NCBI RefSeq assembly: GCF_001194135.2 | Contig: NC_068986.1 | Coordinates: forward strand, 59,571,639-59,634,728 | Direction of reading: 5' to 3' | Source of the DNA: Octopus bimaculoides | Lineage: Eukaryota | Length of the DNA: 63,090 nt | In this document: piece by piece, positions 54,300 through 63,090 of the stretch | Numbering within the stretch: position 1 is the stretch's first letter | Layout of the letters: every line of letters starts with the position of its first letter | Program-made: the position numbers and the translations under genes | Notes under the pieces: model-generated | The model's database searches: none | Told to the model about the DNA's origin: nothing | Seen by the model: only the letters and a program-made list of their open reading frames with translations

Positions 54300-55760
54300 T
54301 CTGTATAATTTTTTGAAATGGTACTGAAACCTTCAAAAGTATAAAACAAATACTGGTTCAAGAAAAATACCGAAGAGCATTATACAAATCCTCACGCTTG
54401 ATTACAACAGCTAAGAAACTATATATACTTGGCAAATAACTTGTGTTGCCAGTGGTTGGTAGAATCACAGAAATTATTTATGGGATGACCTATGTAAACA
54501 AAACAAGAAAAATATGAAAATTGTAATTCAACTGGATAAATCAATTGACATTACAAATGCAGCTCCTCTATTGGTATTTGTCAGATAATGTTGATCATTA
54601 GATAGGTGTAAAACAGGTAAAGATGTCCCCTCCCAGTGGACCACTTTTTTAAGGAAGTGTATCTGGAATTAGAGTATTTACCAATGGCACAGCAACAATG
54701 ATACACAATTACAAGCTCAAGAGAGATCTCAATCATGAAGTTTTACTGGCTAAAAATATTTCTTCAGAGTTAAGTGCACTAATAAAAGGTGGCGTTAAAG
54801 TGATTAAATTCATAAAAAATTACACATTGAATAACCATCAATGTGTAAATCTGTGCTAGGATACAGGATTTGAGTTCAGTAAACTTTTACTGCACACAAA
54901 AGTACAATGGCAGCCAAACAGATGAGTTTTCAGGTGATTAGTAAACTTAAAACCAACAAAAATGGAATAATAGTGTTTTATAAGGAAATGACTCAAATCT
55001 TTAAAGATTCTTTCCCGATGAGAATTAGTTCTGCAAATTGTTATTTGTCAGACATATCTGAAAAATTTAATTAAACCTAATATGTCTCTGCAAAAGAAGA
55101 CCATAAGCATTTTCATTTTAAAAGGTAAAACTAAAGTGTTTAGAACCCTTCCCCCACCAAAAGAAAACACCTCTGGAGCCATGTGTTAAATTTGAAATGC
55201 TTTTATGTACTCACTGAAAATAATGCAACTACTAATTCAGTTGAGCAGATTATAACTGAGTATTTAGTATGCAGGAGAAACAAATATTTTCTACTGGATG
55301 TATACAACTGTAAATTAGATTGGGACCAAGCCCTATTCATTGTAACAATGGAATAACCAAAACGGCTTTGAAGAACCCAGAAGAATTTGCAGAGCTAACA
55401 TGCAATTTAAATCACAACATTAGAGTTCAAAAACAACATATACAGGGTGTCCACAAAGTCTGGGTTCAATTAAATATAAGAAATATAAGAAATAATAATT
55501 TTACTTTTTACTTTTGTACCCAGACTTTGTGGACAAAGACTTTGTGTATTTTGCTATGAGTAAAGTTTTATATGGTCTTATCTTGTATCTAGATTGTTTT
55601 ATATTTTCTTAGTTTTAGTTTTGTAATTTTTGCTAAATATGATTGTCTATGGGTTATATTCTTTTATTAGTTTGTAAATTTTATAACACCAAGAGAATGT
55701 CTGAAGAAAATTTGCTGATTAAAATGGTGTCATGAGTGAAGAAAGTTTAAGAAACAATGA
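54300..55760 (+). mobile_element. hAT (Charlie/Buster-like) transposase relic
   Basis: QLDKSIDITNAAPLLVFVR and AKNISSELSALIKGGVKVIKFIK...KLLLHTKVQW match the QLDESTD / LLLHTEVRW patterns. Possible right end at ~55750-55765. Confidence 0.8.
55441..55535. mobile_element. Tiny Tc1/mariner-type MITE inserted within the hAT relic
   Basis: TA|cagggtgtccacaaagtctgggt ... acccagactttgtggaca: 18-bp perfect inverted repeat; outer part of the right TIR missing. Confidence 0.7.
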
Positions 55761-56587
55761 TCTAGGAAACAGAAGCTATTAACTTACTATTTCTAGGTGG
55801 CACCTAAAGTATTTGAACTAATTTGTTAACTTATAAATGAAATAATTTGTTTTACACTATAGTTAGAATAGTTAAATGAAAATTATTAAACAATTCTCAA
55901 CATTCACATCTGAATGCAACCTTCTTTGAACACGTAAACTTCATCACGCAGTTCTTCTCTAACTTCTTCTTCCTTGGTTTTCCCCCTTTTGTCATAAATA
56001 TACCAGAATTTAAAATGGGGTAGTATTAAGTTATTTGGTTACTATAAAAATACTTCACAACTGGTGGCCAGTGAGTAATAGAGGAATTTGAGATGTGTTA
56101 TCAACATAATTACCACACCCTTTGATATGATATTAGACACTACGTACTTGCAAAACACTGCATGATCTGCTACGTTATTGTTGCATAACCTCAATATAGT
56201 TTGAAATTAAAAGTTGAATCATGCTAATTGTATGTGTATGTATATATATATGTGTGTGTGAATATACATACAAAGTAGCACAAGCATAGCTGAATGGTCT
56301 AAAAGTTCATTTCACTATGCAGCATTTTAAACATGTTTTTAACTATAGTTTTGTTTAGACTAAAGCTTTATGAGTAAAAATTGATAGAAACTGTGTGGAA
56401 ACATTTTGAGTGATATGTACCTCTAACTCAAATGGTCAGCTTTATCACATCAGGTATCATGATAAGTCTACCTGAAGATTATGTTAAGCACATTAAATGT
56501 CAATGGAATACTCAGTCACTTACACCATAATTTAATGAGTAGGCTCCATTAAAATTCGAAACTTGTACATATACACATAAAGGAATA

Positions 56588-57819
56588 CGAGGGGGTGTCC
56601 AAAAGAAACTAGAATTTTGCAATATTATTTTATTCACTTAGTTTTACATGTTTGCACTTTTATTGCCTTCAAAGTATTTTCCATTTGAAGCAATGCATCA
56701 GTCCAGATGTATTTTCCACTGTTCGAAACAATCCTGGAACTCTTGTGAAGTGATGCCTTTTAATGCCTCCATCATTTTTTTTCTTCACCTCTTCCACACC
56801 TGAAAAATGTTTTCCTTTAAGGAGAACAGAGAAAAATCACAGGGAGCAAGATTAAGCAAATAGGGAGTAAGTGAGGTCATGCTTTTTTGGCAAAAACTGT
56901 CTCACACTCAAGGTGGTGTGCACAGGTACATTGTTGTGATAAAACCACCACTCTCCACGTTGCCACAGGTTGGAGAGCTTTCATGTCACTGAATCTCCAA
57001 AAATGCTTCAGAATTGCCAAGTAAAATGTCTGGCTGATAGTTTTACCAGGAGGAACAATTTTGTTGTGGACAATTCCTTTTGCATCGATAAAGCAAATCA
57101 GCATCATCTTGACATTGGACTTCATTTGACACACTTTTTCGGGGGTATGGTGATATTGAATGCTTCCATTGACTTGATTGCTGCTTTGTTTCTGGGTTGT
57201 AGGTGTATCACCAGCTTTTCTCACCAGTGATGACCTTTGGAAAAAGGTTTGGATCAACTTCCAACTGTTTTTTTTAGTTCACGACACACACTCAGTCATG
57301 ACTGCTTTTGATCTTCCAGGAGCAAGCAAGACAGAAATTTTGTTGCCACTTTTTTCATTCACAATTCCTCACTTAAAATTGATTGCCAGGAGCACCAGGA
57401 TATACCAGTCATTGCAACAAGTTTGTCAACTGTTTGGTGACGGTCCTCCAAGATCAGTTCATGAATTTTTGTGATATTTTTATTCATTTGGGAGGTTGAC
57501 AGTTACTCTGAACGAAATTGAGTACCCTTATAAGCTATTCGAAACATGACAACTGTTTCAGCTGCTGTTTTCCCCATCAGAAAACAGAATTTCATGGAAG
57601 CATGTTGTTCCTTCATTTCAGCAATCACAAAAATCGTCAAACAGGGGAGAAACGCAGCAAACCAAAGATGTACCCCATGGCAGTACGATTTACTTGCCAC
57701 TGCCAATTGGGAGACTGATGTCTGAGAGTCACATGAAGTGGCTTCTAGTGACAGAAGCCTGAACTACAATGAGCTTGTCCCACAGAGAATGTTTTCAGTT
57801 ACTTTGGGGTATCCCCTTG
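56588..57819 (-). mobile_element. Full-length (~1.23 kb) degenerate mariner element with TA flanks
   Basis: TA|cgagggggtgtccaaaag ... ctttggggtatccccttg|TA. Minus-strand MKEQHASMKFCFLMGKTAAET and KSNVKMMLICFIDAKGIVHNKIVPPGKT. Confidence 0.9.
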
Positions 57820-57824
57820 TATAC

Positions 57825-57857
<33 letters not shown>

Positions 57858-58064
57858 TATATAATGAAAGACAGCAGAGTTTTACATCCTCTAAGTTAAA
57901 AAAAAAAGAACAACAAAAACTGACTGTTAAACAACTACCGAAACCATTTCTTTTTACCTTTGAGGATGTAAAACTCTGCTGTCTCTCATTAATTTCTCTC
58001 CTTTCAACTCTTTCCTGAAGTACTCTGTCCAAAATGTTGGGTTTTCCGCTCCCTATATATATAT

Positions 58065-58095
<31 letters not shown>

Positions 58096-58292
58096 AGCTG
58101 TAATTTTTTGTATAATTATATATTGTTAATATAACAATACATAAAAACGGGCTAGAGCTGAAGTGCTCAGCATGAGCTAGAATTTACATTATTGTAAGAA
58201 TAGATACATAAGGGTGGAATAGAGTGTATTTATGTCACTCTAAGCTTTTTATATTTTCTATATTTTTATGTTTTCCTCTTTCTGTACAACGA

Positions 58293-58377
58293 ACATCCTG
58301 ATGAAGGGAGTGTCTAATTTCAAATATGGGTACTACACCATATTAATAGACACATCTCAGAAACGGTCCATAGATGT
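58293..58377 (+). ncRNA. Type-I hammerhead motif with long stem II; probable G>A change at the cleavage triplet
   Basis: acatc-CTGATGA(58298)-agggagtgtcta...aatatgg/ccatatt...tagacacatctca-GAAA(58360)C-GGTCC-ATA|gatgt. Stem I acatc/gatgt. Confidence 0.65.
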
Positions 58378-58818
58378 ATACTTTTAACATTACATGTATT
58401 ATATTAAAAACGTTTTTAATATAATACATGTAAATTTATAATTCCATATCAAATTGTATCATATCGTATATATTTACCCATTATATATTAAATCATACTG
58501 TACGTTTAAATATCGTAATGTATTGTCTTAAATTGTCATATTTTTATACAACTTGGAAACTATGCATGTTTATAAATATTTTTAAATAAATATTTTGAAC
58601 ATTCATGATATTTCTAAAGTTTATATTGTTGTATATGCCTGTTTACTTTATTTTACCTTACTTTTTACACATTTTAGAGACTGAAAACTATATATTTATA
58701 TATTGATTCTTGAAGGAATTGAACACCCCCCACCCCCTCACACACACATTAAATCTTGTGTTGGATATATGGCATTGTTCCTGTGGTATTCCACCCTTAT
58801 GTATCCATTCTTACAATA

Positions 58819-58854
<36 letters not shown>

Positions 58855-59028
58855 TAGGTCCTGGTAAGGTATAAAGAAAGGGTATTTCCAGGGAAGCACT
58901 CAACCCAAGTTCTGGGCTATCAGCACTCAGATTTCACACTATCACTGAAATTCTTCAAGTGTAGAAAATCCTGGTTTCACAATTGTAAAACCATTGTCTG
59001 GGTGTAGCAAAGAGTAAACTATAATTCA

Positions 59029-60275
59029 AATAAGACAAAGAAATCCTTTAACACATCTTTAATGATTTGTTACAATTGTTTCTGTACCAATTCTGTTTGC
59101 AATGACAGTTTATGCAATATTCAAAGTGAAAATTTACATAATGTTTGCAGTTTTAGGCATTAGAATGGCACTTCATCAGATTTGCATCAAAGCTGTGTTC
59201 TTACATTGTGTGTCTTCCAGACACTGCTAATTTTGCTAATAACAGGAGGAAAGAAAAAGTAAATAAAAGTATGATTAGAGGATAAAAAAATTAGTATAAA
59301 GATCATGTGGGAAGAAGAGGAAGAAGAAGAATGGTGGTGGGGTCTCTAAGAACATTAGTAAATGAGGAAGAGATAATATATAGTAAATCAGTGTACCTGG
59401 ACTAAAGATTCCCCAAATGGTCAGTCAGTACACGTTAGTTTTGAATGACATTCAAAACTAACATAGTTTATAAATTTCTTAACCACTATTCAGTTAAATT
59501 CTAAATTCTTGGTTTCTGCCTGAACTGTTCCCCATCAACTTTACCCCTCTTTTTTCTTTTCTCTTTTCTTTATATGTTTTCGAATATCACATTCTGAGGT
59601 CACCGGAATACTTCTGCTGGCCAGCATATGGTTTATGGCATTCTTCTACCATCCACATCATCCCCCACCCCTACTACACATATCACAAGTATCATTATTC
59701 GTATCATAATTTTTATTTCTTCTCACTGTCTTCTCACTAGAAATATTCTGGCAATTAGTGTTGTCATTGTTATCAATTTCATCCCTCTTTCTCTTTTGTT
59801 TGCTTAATGTTGTCACTAGTGGTAAACTGAAATAATTTTTTACTCATCAAATGAAATTGGGTACCAGTGATGATGTTGTACTGACTGGCCATTCTGAGAA
59901 TCTTTAGTTTAGATACACTGATACACTATATTGTCCTCATTTATTAATACTCTTAGCCCCACTCCTCCTCCTCCTTCATCGTATTCTTCCTTTTCATCTT
60001 TCCCACATGATCTCTATATTAATTATTTACCCACTAACCATACTTTTATTTACTTTTTTTCCCTCCTAGTATAAGTAACAATATCTGGATGATACACAAT
60101 GTAAGAATGCATCTTTGATGCACGTCTGATGAGTGCCACTCTAATGTCTAAAACTGCAAACATTATGTAAATTTTCACTTTGAATATTGCGCAAATTGGT
60201 GTTGCAAGCAGAGTTAGTACAAAAACAATTGTAATGCTTCATTAAAAATGTGTGAAAAAATTTCTTTGTCTTATT
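59029..60275. repeat. Large old inverted repeat: ~400-bp arms (59029-59432, 59877-60275) with a 444-bp spacer
   Basis: Blocks such as aataagacaaagaaa, caatattcaaagtgaaaatttacataatgtttgcagtttta and aatggtcagtcagtaca recur as reverse complements. Arms are clearly diverged from each other. Confidence 0.9.
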
Positions 60276-60303
60276 ATATGGATAATATATATATATATAT
60301 ATA

Positions 60304-60402
60304 NNNNNNNNNNNNNNNNNNNNNNNNNNNNNNNNNNNNNNNNNNNNNNNNNNNNNNNNNNNNNNNNNNNNNNNNNNNNNNNNNNNNNNNNNNNNNNNNN
60401 NN
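60304..60402. other. Assembly gap
   Basis: N run. Confidence 1.
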
Positions 60403-61269
60403 TTAACACTCATAAATAAAGTATGACCATCAGTTCTTCCCATATCCCCTCTCCTATAAATTTGAGACTTCTGACTATGCAAACAATCATTATTCAATCA
60501 CATTAAAAATATACAATACACATACTTGCACATATACAGATATATACATTACTACATCCCTATATGGTTACAACTACCTCAAATCTCACTGAACTGGGTC
60601 ATTATATGTTTCACTCATGCAAAGAATTTGTCTCCTTTAAACCAAAGTTGTTTTTAACCTCAACTGACGGTGCAGACGTCACTTTATCCTAAATTCTCAT
60701 GAAATGACTGTTTAGTAAAATTATATAAATTATAATATCACTGCTTTAATAAAAATGACAGCTGCATTAAAAACAATGAAATGAGCTATAGAAGAAGCCT
60801 CTATGCAGCTGGTCAAACAATAAGAAATAACAGCTTAATTTCTGCTTAAATCACACCCTACTATTTTAAAAAGGAAATGAAACATTAGATAATGTAGACA
60901 GGATATAACGGCTCCAATCATAGAACTTCTCATTCAGAGTTGATCCTGATAACAACAAAAAAGCAACCCCCTCACACACACTCACTTACTCTTAACAGAT
61001 GAGAAAAAATATCACTAACATTCATTTGTTATACTTTTTCTCTGCTTTAACCTTCTTCCCATGGAATCTCGCTACAATCAGCTGGCAAATTCAAATGTTA
61101 CCATTTTTGATCTGTCATTTATTCTTTCATAAGCCACTTCTCATGTATTTCTTACCAATCAGCAGTAGGTTTTGTCTTATGCTCAAACATCAGTTCAATT
61201 TTTAACTGAAACTATACACTGGATATTTATATAACCCTTTATATATACATACATACATACACATATATA

Positions 61270-62059
61270 NNNNNNNNNNNNNNNNNNNNNNNNNNNNNNN
61301 NNNNNNNNNNNNNNNNNNNNNNNNNNNNNNNNNNNNNNNNNNNNNNNNNNNNNNNNNNNNNNNNNNNNNNNNNNNNNNNNNNNNNNNNNNNNNNNNNNNN
61401 NNNNNNNNNNNNNNNNNNNNNNNNNNNNNNNNNNNNNNNNNNNNNNNNNNNNNNNNNNNNNNNNNNNNNNNNNNNNNNNNNNNNNNNNNNNNNNNNNNNN
61501 NNNNNNNNNNNNNNNNNNNNNNNNNNNNNNNNNNNNNNNNNNNNNNNNNNNNNNNNNNNNNNNNNNNNNNNNNNNNNNNNNNNNNNNNNNNNNNNNNNNN
61601 NNNNNNNNNNNNNNNNNNNNNNNNNNNNNNNNNNNNNNNNNNNNNNNNNNNNNNNNNNNNNNNNNNNNNNNNNNNNNNNNNNNNNNNNNNNNNNNNNNNN
61701 NNNNNNNNNNNNNNNNNNNNNNNNNNNNNNNNNNNNNNNNNNNNNNNNNNNNNNNNNNNNNNNNNNNNNNNNNNNNNNNNNNNNNNNNNNNNNNNNNNNN
61801 NNNNNNNNNNNNNNNNNNNNNNNNNNNNNNNNNNNNNNNNNNNNNNNNNNNNNNNNNNNNNNNNNNNNNNNNNNNNNNNNNNNNNNNNNNNNNNNNNNNN
61901 NNNNNNNNNNNNNNNNNNNNNNNNNNNNNNNNNNNNNNNNNNNNNNNNNNNNNNNNNNNNNNNNNNNNNNNNNNNNNNNNNNNNNNNNNNNNNNNNNNNN
62001 NNNNNNNNNNNNNNNNNNNNNNNNNNNNNNNNNNNNNNNNNNNNNNNNNNNNNNNNNNN
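61270..62059. other. Assembly gap
   Basis: N run. Confidence 1.
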
Positions 62060-62400
62060 ACAAAATGAGACAAGAATGCAAAACATCCAGACAGTTAGAT
62101 GATACAAGAAAGGGACAAAAATCATTCAGATAGACAATACAAAGAAAACAAGGACGGGTCATTCAGAGTTTTCTTTCCTCAGCTGAGTTCCAGATTATTT
62201 TTGCAATTTTGGCTGGTTATACTCGAGATTGCTCCTATCTGGCCAGCCCCAAGGAAAAACTAAGCTAAGAGCATTAGATTCCTTGGAAGAAAGCAGCGAA
62301 TGTATACAAAGACAAGGACGGGAAAAAAAAAAAACGGAGAAGGTTACACAAATACAAATAACAGGACATAACAACAGGTGTCTTTCAACTAAGGACAAAT
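62060..62400 (-). mobile_element. Inverted copy of the 37510-37850 PLE-like family
   Basis: Reverse complement aligns with 37510-37850 (ctaagctaag, ttggaagaaagc, acaaatacaaa). Degenerate CTGAGGA...TGAATGAC motif at 62151-62186. Confidence 0.65.
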
Positions 62401-62534
62401 TACATTAAGCTGGCATGTGTGGAAGTAAAGCCTTACGGCAGGGATACATGATTCCACAGGCTCAAGGAAGAATATAGATGTTTTCTCTCTCTTTTTCTTT
62501 TTTCTTTGTGATGTAATCTTGGGACTGAAAATGT

Positions 62535-62631
62535 TTGCGGCTGAAGATAGCTTTAAACCATCCTTTATATCAACAATATATATTGATGTAATGACAGTTT
62601 GTGTAGAGAGCTTGAAACGCGTGTACTGTGA
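62535..62631 (+). ncRNA. Type-I hammerhead motif, core intact, ~66-nt stem II
   Basis: ttgcgg-CTGAAGA(62541)-tagct...agctt-GAAA(62614)C-GCGT-GTA|ctgtga. Stem I pairs with G-U wobbles; stem II has agct/agct, aaac/gttt and atcaa/ttgat pairings. Confidence 0.65.
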
Positions 62632-62954
62632 CATCCTTTGTGTTCTGTCTTCAATTTACGTTTAATATATATGTATATACATAAATGTATGTGTATAAAT
62701 GTATATGTATAGATGTTTATATATGTGTATATATGTGTAATTATATATATGTATATATATATGTATGCATGTATATATGTGTATATATATGTCTACATAT
62801 ATATGTATATAGGGCAAATAAGAAAATAGAGAGGATATAAAATCGACAAACATCAGCCTGTAAACATTCCATTATATCTATTTATTAAATAATAACAAAC
62901 ATGTGCTTAAGTGGTACAAGTAAATGAATAAGATCAACCAATAAACACGTAAAC

Positions 62955-62992
<38 letters not shown>

Positions 62993-63090
62993 GAATGAAT
63001 AATAATAGATGAGTGTACAGATACAAATCATGGCTGTTTCTACCATGAGGCCTCAGAATCTTCTAAGTCATCCTCATCACGTATATCGCT

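Noticed and set aside
5068-62162. Long ORFs spanning N runs or microsatellites (poly-X, HTHT, CVCV, YIYI, RERE)
   Set aside because: Artefacts of gaps and simple repeats.
63040-63090. Minus-strand acidic stretch SDIRDEDDLEDSEASW at the window edge
   Set aside because: Ends in TAG with only a weak gtagaa donor, and is truncated by the window. Cannot be supported, but worth rechecking with flanking sequence.
1-63090. CRISPR arrays, rRNA, genuine tRNA genes, prokaryotic operons
   Set aside because: None seen. tRNA-like box A/B motifs belong to SINE heads, and the repeats lack a repeat-spacer periodicity.

Overview
AT-rich, microsatellite- and transposon-dense eukaryotic (animal) DNA with five N gaps. 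The SINE families resemble those I associate with octopus genomes (inference). Only one host coding segment is well supported: an 824-nt internal exon on the minus strand (17507->16684) with clean AG/GT sites. It resembles the spectrin-repeat/linker region of puratrophin-1/PLEKHG4-type RhoGEFs, so most of the window is probably intron. The rest is SINEs, RTE and R4/Dong-like LINE fragments, Tc1/mariner copies (two with both TIRs), a hAT (Charlie/Buster-like) transposase relic and an intron-containing DNA-transposase relic. The most interesting layer is a set of Penelope-like element (PLE) pieces: one GIY-YIG endonuclease fragment, and several short pLTR-type segments carrying minimal type-I hammerhead ribozyme motifs. 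The catalytic core is intact at 50937-50982 and 62535-62631, near-intact at 58293-58377, and degenerate elsewhere. These segments sit in fold-back or inverted structures, usually next to (TA)n tracts. There is also a young, CpG-rich A-B-C-A-B' inverted-duplication element (51215-51719) that I cannot assign. PLE hammerheads are a known phenomenon, so no wholly new system is claimed. Coordinates of degenerate repeats are approximate.
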